Part shown: piece by piece, positions 1-12,689 of the stretch | How the letters are laid out: every line of letters starts with the position of its first letter | Numbering within the stretch: position 1 is the first letter of the stretch | NCBI RefSeq assembly: GCF_902713615.1 | Contig: NW_024056027.1 | Span: 62,001 to 126,000, forward strand | Direction: 5' to 3' | Length of the DNA: 64,000 nt | From: Scyliorhinus canicula | Lineage: Eukaryota | Made by a program: the position numbers and the translations under genes | The notes under the pieces: model-generated | Seen by the model: only the letters and a program-made list of their open reading frames with translations | Database searches by the model: none | What the model was told of the DNA's origin: nothing

Positions 1-1099
1 TGGCTGGGTTTCTCAGTCTTGAAAAATCAAGTTTGCCCTCAGAGGGTCAACGCTCGGTTTCATCAGGAGGTGGCAGCCGTTTGTCGACTTCTTTAGAGAA
101 AATTAACTGTCAGCAGAGGCAAAAAACTTAAAGGCGGGTAGTTAGGTTATTCTCTGTTGAGGGTAGGAGGGACTTGTTAGGGATGGAGATGATTTATGCA
201 CGATGTTTTATGTGGATTTGCATTGTTTACTGTTGTCACTTATTATTATAAAATTACAAAACCTTAACAAAATGTATTTTTTTTAAAAAATCAACATCAC
301 CAAAATCAGATCATCTCCACATTGCCACATTGCTGTTTGTGGCATCTTGCTTTGTGGAAATTGGCTGCTGCATTTCCTCTAACAGTGACGACACTTCCGA
401 AGCTCTTTGGGACATGCTGTGGTTATGAAAGGCGCTACAGAAGTGCAAGTTTTAAATTGAAGATTGATGCTTTCTGATCCTTAATTGATTTCAGACATCC
501 CCAATTAATAAATTTGCTTTGGTTCGGACAAGACTTTAACCAATTAAATCAAAGGCAGAATTCTGAACAGTAAATTTAAAAAGGAGTTTTTTAAAGAGAA
601 GCTTTACTGAACGACTTGAAGACATTTACGTTTACAACTTCACGCAGGTGATCAGTCTGTGGAAGCGTAACCCTCCCTGGCTCCTTTGACACTAATTTCC
701 TTGGAACTCGGCCTCGAGAGTCTTCAGTACTTGGCCAGCAAGGAAGACCTTCGGAACCTCGACCTTTATCCCCAAAGTGACCATTACCTCATGTCAGAGT
801 TGGGCCTGTGGTAACATGACCATTGGTTAATTGGGCACCAGTTTAATTTAATTGGATCTTTAATTACTGACACCACCTTCTCTCATTACCTTTGACAGGA
901 ATACAATTGAACAGTTTCATACTATCCCTTTATCTGATTCTGTGCAACCCCTTATTCAGTTTCAAACATTGAGGCTAATCAGAGTTGGAAGGTCTCCCTT
1001 GCCAGTACATTTATCCTCATCGCACATTCTTTATATACACAGGAATTAAGCGTTTACATTTATACAACAAATAAAACTCAGACTTTTACTATAACTACT

Positions 1100-2060
1100 G
1101 ATTTGTAATGCACTGTCCATAAATGGTGCTGGAATCTCATTGGACTGTAACTTCCAAAAGGGAAATTGGTACATTCTGAAAAAGAAAACAAAATAGTCGA
1201 ACTATGGAATTAAATGGGTTGCTGTACAAAGAACTGGTATGGGAAAAATGGGCGAAATAGACTTTTCAGTGCTCAAGGAGCCTTGTGTACATTAAAGCAG
1301 TGGTAACGACCTGGAACCTACTGCCTCTGAGGGTAGGCGGTGCAGAGATGACAGAAGGATTGCAATAGGAAATTGGACAGGCACTGAGAGAAATAAACCC
1401 ACAGGGATTCGGGGAAAGAACGGGGCAATGGACAGACTGGCTTCCTCCACAGGGAGCCGACATGGTCTCAAAGGGCTGAATGGCCCCATTCGCCATCCTC
1501 CAGATGCTGTAATCTCAGAAGAGAGATTCAGCTGCTCCAGTCGCTCCAACTAACTGGAGTCCCTCATCTCTGGTGCCATTCTCGTTAATGTCCTCTACAC
1601 CCCAAGAACATCACATCTTTCCGAAAGTGGGGAGCCCATATACAGGGTTCCATTGCAGAGGGATAGAATTGAAAAACACGGAGGAAATGTTCAGCTTGTT
1701 TCGAACGATGGTTAGACTACACTGGGAGCTCTGTCAACATTGGTGATCTCCATTTAGAAAAAGAAATAGATGCACTGGATAAGGTGCAACAAAGATTCAT
1801 AATGTACGGAACTGAGAGCATTTAACACTCGGGAAAGGCTGGAGCTGCTTTTTTCAGGAAAAGCAAAGGCTGATGGGTGACCTGGTGGAAGTCTTTGAGA
1901 TTATGAAGGGATTCAATAATTCAATAGGTATTTCAGTGGAAACCTCTATCCTCAGCGAGTGGTGAGAATGTGGAACTCGTTACCACAGCGAGTGGTTGAG
2001 GTGAACAGCATGAATACATTGTATGGAAAGGTAGATACATACATGAGGGAAGGAATAGAA
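1100..2060 (+). mobile_element. Degenerate CR1 LINE 3' fragments
   Basis: CR1-like 3' motifs (gagtggtgagaatgtggaactc; aatggcccc...); inverted paralog at ~24.6-25.5 kb. Confidence 0.5.
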
Positions 2061-2689
2061 GGAGATGCTGATGGGGAGATGTAGAGGGGTGGGTGGAGGA
2101 TCATGTGGAGCATAAATACTGACAAAGTCCATGGCTAACCTCAGCCGGTATGGGAATTTAACCTGTGCTGTTGGTGTCACTCAGCACGAACCAGCCATCC
2201 AGCCAACTGAACAAACCGATCCCCATGTAAATCTGTAATAATTCCTTAAATATCAGTGATTGCCTGTCTCCCGCCACAATATTTAATGTAGTTTCCCAGT
2301 GCACCTCAGACAACTTGCCCCTCATACCCTGATTGTTTTCTTCTGTGAGAAACATGAAGATAAATTAAACAAAAGAATCATGTAACCACCATAGCCCATC
2401 TTCATGGCAATGAGGCATGATTTTTGGGGTTTCCAAACAGAAATGGTAATGAAACATCTTCTAACCGCCAAACCCCTTTCGCTCCTTGATCCTTGCGAAA
2501 TGTGTAACCAGATATTCGCAAGAAGGCTCAGAGAGAATCAGCCGACTGGGGGAGAAGCCGTGAGACCGGCCAGTCCAGCAGAAAGAAACCCTCCGACCAT
2601 CCCCATTGAACAACAGAATGAACAAAATGCAATCCTGGATGTAATTGAGAACAGAAACAATAACAGCGGAATCCAATCCCTGTAATCAG

Positions 2690-2822
2690 TTCTGAACTTG
2701 TTGGTGTCTCAGAAAGTGCGATGAATTACTAAATCCCCTCACACATTGAGAGCAGGCGAACGGCCTCTTCCCAGTGTGAACTCCCTGGTGTGACTGCAGA
2801 CGGCATAACCGAGTGAATTGTG
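2690..2822 (-). pseudogene. Detached terminal zinc fingers of the 7-kb ZNF gene
   Basis: Minus strand encodes ...[33 protein letters not shown], followed by the family 3' module; separated from the main array by CR1 insertions. Confidence 0.8.
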
Positions 2823-2830
2823 TAAATAGA

Positions 2831-5780
2831 ACAGAGAACGATACAGCGCAGTACAGGCCCTTCGGCCCTCGATGTTGCACCGACATGGGAAGTCAAAAAC
2901 TAAAGGCCATCTAACCTACACTATGCCATTATCATCCATATGCTTATCCAATAAACTTTTAAATGCCCTCAATGTTGGCGAGTTCACTACTGTTGCAGGT
3001 AGGGCATTCCATGGCCTCACCACTCTTTGCGTAAAAAACCTACCTCTGACGTCTGTCCAATATCTATTACCCCTCAATTTAAGGCTATGTCCCCTCGTGC
3101 TAGCCACCTCCATCCGCGGGAGAAGGCTCTCACTGTCCACCCTAACCCTCTGATCATTTTGTATGCCTCTATTAAGTCACCTCTTAACCTTCTTCTCTCT
3201 AACGAAAACAACCTCAAGTCCATCAGCCTTTCCTCATAAGATTTTCCCTCCATACCAGGCAACATCCTGGTAAATCTCCTCTGCACCCGTTCCAAAGCTT
3301 CCACGTCCTTCCTATAATGAGGCGACCAGAACTGTACGCAAAAGTCCAAATGCAGCCGTACCAGAGTTTTGTACAGCTGCAACATGACCTCATGGCTCCG
3401 GAACTCAATCCCTCTACCAATAAAGGCCAACACACCATAGGCCTTCTTCACAACCCTATCAACCTGGGAGGCAACTTTCAGGGATCTATGTACATGGACA
3501 CCGAGATCCCTCTGCTCATCCACACTGCTAAGAATTTTACCATTAGCCAAATATTCCGCATTCCTGTTATTCTTTCCAAAGTGAATCACCTCACACTTCT
3601 CTGCATTAAACTCCATTTGCCACCTCTCAACCCAGCTCTGCAGCTTATCTATGTCCCTCTGTAACCTGCAACATCCTTCCACACTGTCTACAACTCCACC
3701 GACTTTAGTGTCGTCTGCAAATTTACTCACCCAACCTTCTGTGCCCTCCTCTAGGTCATTTATAAAAATGTCAAACAGCAACGGTCCCAGAACAGATCCT
3801 TGTGGTACGCCACTCGTAACTGAACTCCATTCTGAACATTTGCCATCAACCACCACCCTCTGTCTTCTTTCAACTAGCCAATTTCTGATCCACATCTCTA
3901 AATCACCCTCAATCCCCAGCCTCCATATTTTCTGCAATAGACGACCGTGGGGAACCTTATCAAACGCTTTACTGAAATCCATATACACCACATCAACTGC
4001 TCTACCCTCGTCTACCTGTTCAGTCACCTTCTCAAAGAACTCGATAAGGTTTGTGAGGCATGACCTACCCTTCACAAAACCATGCTGACTGTCCCTAATC
4101 ATATTATTCCTATCTAGATGATTATAAATCGTATCTTTTATAATCCTCTCCAAGACTTTACCCACAACAGACGTGAGGCTCACCGGCCTATAGTTACCGG
4201 GGTTATCTCTACTCCCCTTCTTGAACAAAGGGACCACATTTGCTATCCTCCAGTCCTCTGGCACTATTCCTGTAGCCAATGATGACATAAAAATCAAAGC
4301 CAAAGGCTCAGCAATCTCTTCCCTGGCTTCCCAGAGAATCCTAGGATACATCCCATCAGGCCCCGGGGACTTATCTATTTTCACCTTGTCCAGAATTGCC
4401 AACACTTCTTCCCTACGCACCTCCATGCCATCTATTCTAATAGCCTGGGTCTCAGCATTCTCCTCCACAAAATTATCTTTTTCCTGAGTGAATACTGACG
4501 AAAAGTATTAATTTAGTATCTCGCTTATCTCCTCAGCCTCCACACACAACTTCCCACCACTGTCCTTGACTGGCCCTACTCTTACCCTAGTCATTCTTTT
4601 ATTCCTGACATACCTATAGAAAGCTTTTGGGTTTTCCTTGATCCTACCTGCCAAAGACTTCTCATGTCCCCTCCTTGCTCGTCTTAGCTCTCTCTTTAGA
4701 TCCTTCCTCGCTTCCTTGTAACTATCAAGCGCCCCAACTGAAACTTCACGCCTCATCTTCACATAGGCCTCCTTCTTCCTCTTAACAAGAGATTCCACTT
4801 CTTTGGTAAACCACGGTTCCCTCGCTCGACCCCTTCCTCCCTGCCTGACTGGTACGTACTTATCAAGAACATGCAATAGCTGTTCCTTGAACAAGCTCCA
4901 CATATCCAGTGTGCCCCACCCTTGCAGCCTACTTCTCCAACCTACACACCCTAAGTCATGTCTAATGGCATCATAATTGCCCTTCCCCCAGCTATAACTC
5001 TTGCCCTGCGGGGTATACTTTTATTTTTATTTTTTTAAAATTTAGATTAGCCAATTATTTTTTCCAATTAAGGGGCAATTTAGCGTGGCCAATCCACCTA
5101 CTCTGCACATTTTTGGGTTGTGGGGGCGAAACCCACGCAGACACGGGGAGAACGTGCAAACTCCACACGGACAGTGACCCAGAGCCGGGATCGAACCTGG
5201 GACCTCAGTGCCGTGAGGCGGTTGTGCTAACCACTAGGCCACCGTGCTGCCCTTTGCGGGGTATACTTATCCCTTTCCATCACTAACGTAAAGGTCACCG
5301 AATTGTGGTCACTGTTTCCAAAGTGCTCACCTACCTCCAGATCTAACACCTGGCCTGGTTCATTACCCAAAACCAAATCCAATGTGCCCTCGCCTCTTGT
5401 TGGCCTGTCAACATATTGTGTCAGGAAACCCTCCTGCACACATTGTACAAAGAACGACCCATCTAATGTACTCAAACTATATCTTTTCCAGTTAATATTT
5501 GGAAAGTTAAAGTCTCCCATAACAACTACCCTGTTACTTTCGCTCTTTTCCAGAATCATCTTCGCCATCCTTTCCTCTACATCCCTAGAACTATTAGGTG
5601 GCCTATAGAAAACTCCCAACAGGGTGACCTCTCCTTTCCTGTTTCTAACCTCAGCCCATACTACCTCGGAAGAAAAGTCCCCATCTAGCATCCTATCCGC
5701 CACCGTAATACTGTCCTTGACTAGCAGCGCCACACCTCCCCCTCTTTTGCCCCCTTCTCTGAGCTTACTAAAACACCTAA
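2831..5780 (-). mobile_element. Young 5'-truncated CR1 LINE (APE endonuclease + RT ORF2)
   Basis: EN motifs GVFYRPP, MGDFN, SDH; RT motifs YMDFSKAFDKVPH, GVPQGSVLGP, KFADDT; C-terminal TRGHSLKL...FFTQRVV. Broken only by a SINE insertion, one stop (4508-4510) and one frameshift (~3140). Confidence 0.96.
5021..5254 (-). mobile_element. tRNA-derived V-SINE (HE1-like) inserted in the CR1
   Basis: A/B-box head plus V-domain core; exact 14-bp TSD tgcggggtatactt at 5007-5020 and 5255-5268. Confidence 0.92.
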
Positions 5781-5914
5781 ATAGAAGTGAACATCTTTGA
5801 GTTATGGGGTGACACCCACACAGACACTTGGAGAACGTGTCTCCACATGGACAGTAACCTGGGGCCAGGATTGAACACTGGTCCTCAGCTCCGTCAGACC
5901 GCAGTGCTAACCAT

Positions 5915-6692
5915 TTAGATGAGGGAACAAAATGCAATATCTCCAAATTTGCAGATGACACAAGTTGCGTGGAAGGGTGAGCTGTGAGGATCCTTCAGTG
6001 TGATTTGCACAAGTTGAGTGAGCCATTCACCTTCATTGCAAGCGGATCCAAGTACAGAAGCGGGGATATCTTGAAACCTATAATATTCTAACAGGACTTG
6101 ACAGGGGAGATGCAGGAAAGATTCTCCCGACGGTGGGAGTGTAGAGAACCAGAGGTCACAATCTGAGGATACGGGGTAGACCATTTAGGACAAAGATTTT
6201 TTGTTTTTTAATTTAGTATACCCAATTAATTTTTTCCAATTAAGAGGGTCCAATTTAGCGTGGCCAATCCACCTACCCTGCACATCTTTTCGGGTTGTGG
6301 GGGTGAAACCCATGCAAACACGGGAAGAATGTGCAAACTCTACACAGACAATAACATAGAGCCGGATCGAACCTGGGACCTCGGCGCCGTGAGGCAGCAG
6401 GGCTAACCCACTGCGTCACCGCGCTGCCCCAATTTAGGACAGAGATGAGGAGAAATTTCTTCATCCAGAGAGTGGTGAGTCTGGAATTTGTTACCACAGG
6501 AAATAGTTGAGGCCAATACATTGTATGTTTTCAAGAAGCAGTTTGATATAGCACTGAGGGCGAAGGGGGTCAAAGGATACGGAGGGGAAAGCGGGATTAG
6601 GCTATGGAGTTGGATGATAAACCGTGATCATAATGAATGGCAGAGCAGGCGCGAAGGGCCAAATGGTATCTTCCTGCTCCTATTTTCTATGT
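5915..6692 (+). mobile_element. Older CR1 3' part, antisense inside the ZNF exon (contains a SINE at ~6198-6431)
   Basis: EGTKCNISKFADDT remnant; 3' tail cctattttctatgt abuts the finger array; SINE flanked by atttaggaca(a/g)agat TSD. Confidence 0.85.
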
Positions 6693-7020
6693 AATCCCTT
6701 CTCACACTGAGAGCAGGTGAATGGCCTCTCTCCAGTGTGAACTCGCTGGTGTGTCTGCAGAGTAGATAACTGTGTGAATCCATTCCCACAGAGAGAGCAG
6801 GAGAATAGCTTTTTCACAGTGTGAACTCACTGATGTTTCCGCAAGATGGATAAATCACTGAGTCTCTCCCCACTCAGAGCAGGTAAATGACATTTCTTCA
6901 ATGTGAACTCGCTGATGGTTCCGTAGGCTGGATAACCAAGTGGATCCCTTCCCACACTGAGAGCAGGTGAATAGCTTTTTCACAGTGTGAACTCACTGAT
7001 GTTTCCGCAAGATGGATAAA
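6693..7020 (-). pseudogene. Out-of-frame downstream fingers with a 166-bp tandem duplication
   Basis: Finger repeats continue past the stop; the unit aatagctttttcacagtg... recurs at 6804 and 6970. Confidence 0.85.
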
Positions 7021-7737
7021 TCACTGAGTCTCTCCCCACTCAGAGCAGGTAAATGACATTTCTTCAATGTGAACTCGCTGATGGTTCCGTAGGCTGGATA
7101 ACCAAGTGAATCCCTTCCCACACTGAGAGCAGGTGAATGGCCTCTCCCCAGTGTGAACTCGCTGATGGCTCCGCAGGTTGGATAACCAAGTGAATCCCTT
7201 CCCACACTGAGAGCAGGTGAATGGCTTTTCCCCAGTGTGAACTCGCTGGTGTGTCTGCAGACTAGATAACCGAGTGAATCCGCTCCCACAGATGGAGCAG
7301 GTGAATTGCCATTCCCCAGTGTGAACTCGCTGGTGTGTCTGCAGGCTGGATAACTGTGTGAATCTCTTCCCACACACAGAGCAGGTGAATGGCCTCTCCC
7401 CAGTGTGAATTCGCTGATGTCTCAGCAGGGTAGATGAATCAATAAATCCCTTCCCACACTGGGAGCAGGTGAATGGCTTTTCCCCAGTGTGAACTCGCTT
7501 ATGTTTCTGCAGGCTGGATAAATCAATAGATCCCTTCCCACACTGAGAGCAGGTGAATGGCTTTTCCCCAGTGTGAATTCGTTGGTGTTTCCGCAGGGTG
7601 GATAAATCAATGAATCCCTTCCCACACTGAGAGCAGGTGAATGGCCTCTCCCCAGTGTGACTGCGTCGATGAGTCTCCAGCTCAGATGGGACTCTGAATT
7701 CCTTCCCACAGTCCCCACATTTCCACGGTTTCTCCAT
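7021..7737 (-). CDS. C2H2 zinc-finger protein, 8 fingers, no KRAB/SCAN/BTB seen; ends by frameshift
   Basis: 238-aa ORF starting MEKPWKC; eight CxxC-x12-Hxxx-H units with TGE(R/K)PF linkers; splice acceptor tttttaaag|G at ~8093. Confidence 0.85.
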   Translation of the reverse strand: MEKPWKCGDCGKEFRVPSELETHRRSHTGERPFTCSQCGKGFIDLSTLRKHQRIHTGEKPFTCSQCGKGSIDLSSLQKHKRVHTGEKPFTCSQCGKGFIDSSTLLRHQRIHTGERPFTCSVCGKRFTQLSSLQTHQRVHTGEWQFTCSICGSGFTRLSSLQTHQRVHTGEKPFTCSQCGKGFTWLSNLRSHQRVHTGERPFTCSQCGKGFTWLSSLRNHQRVHIEEMSFTCSEWGETQ

Positions 7738-9683
7738 GTTTTGGGTCTCCTTGTATCTCTCCAGCTTGGACAGTCAGTGGAAGCCTTGGCTACACACAGA
7801 ACATGTGCACTGTCTCTCCTCACTGTGAATGGTGTGATGTTTTTTCAGGTTGTGTAACTGGTTTAAGCTCTTTCCACAGTCAGTTCACTGGAACACTCTC
7901 ACTCGGGTGTGTGTTGTGTGGGTCTCGGTGCCTTTCCAGTCACACTGATGTTTAAAATCTTTCGAAGTCGACAGATTGGACAAACATTTCTCCTCGCCGA
8001 TGATATACAGATCAGAAGGAAGCGAGTGAGTTTGGCACATCGAGACGTGATGTTTGAGATTTCTGCCTCTCATTCCTCCTCTTCCAATATCCTTTAAAAA
8101 CAATTTACAAAAGTCATCATTGTTAGTACAGGATAGAAATTCACCGTAACTTCATTGCAATGTAAGCCTACTTGTGACAATCAAGATGATTATTATTAAA
8201 ATTCAGAACAGACAATTCTAGTTCCCATGGAATATCATTTTCTCTCGTTCTCCAAAAGCTGTAAATCTCCATCCCACACAATCTCCCTCTGCTGTATCTA
8301 ATATTCACCCTCCCAATTCTCCTGAAGGTGCTGATTCATGTTGATTGACAGATCCAAGCTCAGCTCACTGCTTCCTGACCAGGACACAGAGATTAGAATA
8401 GGATCAAGAGTAGGCCATTCGGCCCACCGAGTCTGCTCAATCATTCAATGAGATCCTTGGCCGATCTACCTCAGCACCATTTCCCCCACACAATCCCCAT
8501 ATCCCTCGATATCTTCAATATCCAGAAACCTGTCAATTTATGTCTTGAACATCCCTGATGACTGATTTACTTATTACAGAACGGTAAATAATACATCTAA
8601 TCTGTACCACATAACAACACCAGACATATCTCTGTCCATTATTAATTTAATGTCCCCTGAAATGTCAGCCATCTCCTGGGGAACCCACCCCTTTAATTGC
8701 GAACATTAGGAAAGTGACAATTTTTTTGAAATAAATTTTGAGTAACCAATTAAGTTTTTCCAATTAAGGTACAATTTAGTGTGGCCAATCCACCTACCCT
8801 GCACATCTTTGTGTTGTGGAGCTGTTATTCACGCAGACATGGGGAGAATGTCCACATGGACAGTGACCCAGGGCCGGGATCAAACACGAGTCCTTGGCGC
8901 CGTGAGGCAGCAGTGCTAACCATGGTGCGACCAGAGACCATTCTTTTTGTCAGACAAATAAATGCACGAACCTGTTAAGGAGATGGGTGGGAGGAGTTGG
9001 AAACTCTTTGTGGAGCCGCGAACCTACATGAAAATATTGATTTCCCAATTAATGTGGTTCCAGTTTGGGCTCAAATCATCAATGAGGGCTCTGATCTCTG
9101 GCAAGGAAGGAAACCCTGGCAGGTGGGCGGGGAGGATTCACAAACACCCGCTGGAGGCCCCAAACCCCCCAATAAGACCCATTGATTTTATTGTCAGTCT
9201 GCAGACAGGAGCTGGAGAACTGAACCCAGGCAGAGGAGAGGGAGGGAGAAAACTGGGAGTGGAGGAAAGAAATGGTGAGATGGGTTTGGATTTCAGCCCA
9301 GGGAGGAGAGAGAGTGTGTGGGACGGGGATTGACAGCTTTGGTGGAACAAGAGAGGGAAAAATGTTCCAGAGAAACTAGAATTGTCTGTTCAGAATTTCT
9401 ATCCTGGACTGACAGTGATGGCTTTTGTTTGTTTTAATTACAAAAAAAATAAATTTAGAGTACCAATTCTTTTTTTCCAGTTAAGGAGTAATTTTAGCGA
9501 GGCCAATTCACCTACAATGCACATCTTTTTGGATTGTGAGGGTGACTCCCATACAGACATGGGGAGAATGTGCAAACTCCATACGGACAATGACCCAGAT
9601 TCGGGATCAAACCCAGGTCCTCGGCTAACCACTGAGCCACCGTACCTGCCCCTAGTGATGACTTTTATCAACTCCTTTTACAG

Positions 9684-10390
9684 GATATTACAAGGGGAGG
9701 ATTTACAGATGGAAACTCAAATCAAACTTCACGTCAAGATTTAACAGAGTCACTCCATTCATCAGGACCTGAATATCATTGGCCTGTGAATGTGGAAGAA
9801 GAAATGTTTGTCTGTTCTGTCGGTAGGAAATGATTTTCAAGATCTATGTGACTGAAAAAAAACCTGATGCACACACAACTCGCGTGAGAGTGTTCCAGTG
9901 AACTGACTGTGGAAAGAGTTTTAACCAGTCACACAGTCTGAAAAAACATCACACCATTCAGAGCGGGGAGAGACCGTACACATGCCCACTGTGGGGACAA
10001 GACATGAAATGAAAAATGAATTTACTTATTGTCACAAGAAGGCTTCAAATGAAGTTACTGTGGAAAGCCCCTAGTCGCCACATTCCGACGCCTGTTCAGG
10101 GAGGCTGGTACAGGAACTGAACTGTGCTGCTGGCCTGCCTTGGTCTGCTTTAAAAGCCAGCGATTTAGCCCTGTGCTAAACTAGCCCCTGTAACGCCTGA
10201 CATAAACCGATCATCAAATTTGAAGAGGGACAAGGACACCAGCAGCATGCTGAAACCATGGACATGTGGGGACTGTGGGGCAGGATTCAAGTCCCCATGT
10301 GAGCTGGGGACTCATCACCGCAGTCACACCGGCTACAGACCATTCACCTGTTCTGAGTGTAGGAAGGGATTCACTCAGTTATCCGAGTGA
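9684..10390 (+). pseudogene. Truncated ZNF exon relic, interrupted by a SINE
   Basis: Acceptor ccttttacag|gata, cryptic fingers, then KPWTCGDCG... broken after ~2 fingers. Confidence 0.8.
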
Positions 10391-11359
10391 GGATTTACCA
10401 AGATGTGGGAAACGAGCTGGTGAGCGGCCTTTAATAAAGTTCAGGCTGCTCTGTGTAAGAAAGGAGTTTGATTCGGGGTGGTATACCCAGCAAAGCTGCA
10501 GCTCACATAAGAGTCCAAAGACTTCCATTTTGAGACACCGGAGGAGGTGAACATTGTAAAGCATGGACTGGGGTCCAGTTATCTGTATTGGACAAGATCT
10601 ACGTTTCTTGTGGGGTGGGATGGGTGTTGTGATATCCTCTATATAGTTTTGATATTTTCTGATGAAATCTGTTTTTCTGTTTGGGGTGAAGAGAGATTTT
10701 CTTTATGAAGCACAATGTAGATATATGGGGGTTGGGGAGGGAGATGGGTTAGCTACCTGATGACTAAAGAACTGTTTGTGTCTTACTCTGTGAGTGTATG
10801 GGTATGTGTGTGGTGGCCATCTTGGGTGGACTCTTGACCTGTACATTTTGAAGATTTATTGGATAGTCCCTCATGGCTGATTCTGTGATGCGGGGGGAGG
10901 GGGAGACAGACGCCTGATTCAGCTGGTCGCCTGGAGCATAAGCAGATTGGTTGGACCAGTGAAGAGGTGGAGGGTTTTCGCTCATCTAAAGAATCTAAAT
11001 GTTGGTGTGGTGTTCTTGCAGGAGACTCACTCACGGCTTAGAGATCAGACCAGACTGCGGAGGGGTGAGCCAACTGTTTCACTCGGGCTTTGACGAAGGG
11101 CTCAAGGTGCTGTAATTCTTTTGTTTTGTAAATTTAGAGTACCCAATTCATTTTTTCAAATTAAGAGGCAATTTAGCGTGGCCAATTCACCTACCCTGAA
11201 CATCTTTGGGTTGTGGGGTGAAACCCAGACAAACATGGGGAGAATGTGCAAACTCCACACAGGTAGTGACCCAGGGCCGGGATCGAACCTGGGACCTTGG
11301 CGCTGTGACGCAGCAGTGCTAACCACTGCACCACCATGCTGCCCGAGGTGTTGCAATTC

Positions 11360-11570
11360 TAATCGATAAACAGGTCCCTCTTTCGGTCACTAAGATCATT
11401 GCGGACACTAATGGGAGATACATGGTGGTCAGTGGGTCATTGCCCCTAACTGGGACGATGTTCCTTTGTAAAAAATATTATTGGGGTCCACCCCAGACCT
11501 GGATACACATCAGTTGATTCTTGGAGCAAACTTCAATTGCGTACTGGATCCTAAAATGGACAGGTCCAAG
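11360..11570 (+). mobile_element. L1/Tx1-type endonuclease fragment
   Basis: Translates to ...DTNGRYMVVSG...PDLDTHQLILGANFNCVLDPKMDRS; paralogs at ~17090-17335 (-) and ~49030-49110 (+, with GGDFN). Confidence 0.7.
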
Positions 11571-12689
11571 CCCATTCATCCCCTATAAAACAGGAAAAGC
11601 GAATGAAACCGAACGGACCACCCGGCAGCGACCCAGGCACCGGAAACGACAACGGCAAACCCGGCAAAAGATAAAGAAAAGCTGTTCAAGAGCAGATTGT
11701 AAAAGGATTATGGGACACAGATTTATGATTGTGAGCAAGATCTATAGGGGAGATTTTACACAGTGAGTGATAATGATCTGAACTCAATGCCGACACACAA
11801 AGGTCGATAATCTCCAGGTCCTGATAACCCGAATGGTGCTGTCAGAATTTGATGTGAGGATTGGTTGTGAGTTTCCTGTCTGCGAATCCCTTTCTAAGTC
11901 CCTGTGAAAGAAGTTTACAAAGGCATCACTGTCAGTCCAGAAATGAAATTCGGGAAAGATAAATATTTCTCCTGGTTTGAATTTGCTGTGTGTAAATCCT
12001 CCCCGACTAATCCCCTGTAAAAAGCGTTTCCAAAATTAATCACGGTCAGTCCAGGATAGAAATTCACACATTCACTCCTCCTGCTCCCTGGTCCAGGATG
12101 ACCACTCATGCGCCCCCCCCCCCCCCCCCCCCCCGCTGCACACTGACCCTCTTGTCATCAGCAGTCCCTCGATTTGAGGGTGTTGTCCACTCTGGGTTGG
12201 GAGTTTCTGCCCTGGGTCTTAATGTGACTGAACAGAGCCGCAGAGCTTTGGACACATGGGATAGGATGTCCAATGAATCTTGAATTTACAGTGCACAAGG
12301 AGGCCATTCGGCCCATCGAGTCTGCATCGGCCCTTGGAAAGAGCACCCCATTTAAAGCCACACTTCCAACCTATCCCCTCAACCCGGTAACCCCAACCAA
12401 ACCCTTTCAAACACGAAGGGCAATTTAGCACGGCCACTCCATCTAACCTGCGCATCTTTGGACTGTGGGAGGAAACCGGAGCACCTGGAGGAAACCCACG
12501 CAGACAATGAGAGTGAAATCTGGAGAGCAGGATTGGCTTCCTTTTCTTTCCATCTCTGCCACCGCTTTGCATTTCAATAAGACATTGGGACTCTAAGACT
12601 AATCCAGTTTGATGGACAAGTTGTCTCCATTCTGAACAATGGGGAACAAGCTCCTCCCACTCATTGAAACATCGCCCCGACAAAGATGA

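Noticed and set aside
666-1097. Possible solo LTR (AATAAA near an ataac end); similar candidate at 37763-38110
   Set aside because: Termini imperfect and no TSD; cannot be supported
7021-7737. Regular ~84-bp repeats resembling a CRISPR or satellite array
   Set aside because: Period is the 28-codon C2H2 unit; eukaryotic context
7880-7890. UGA at the first Cys (U-T-D-C) as selenocysteine
   Set aside because: Other in-frame TGAs lie at non-Cys positions and no SECIS was recognised; kept only as a test within the cryptic-finger finding
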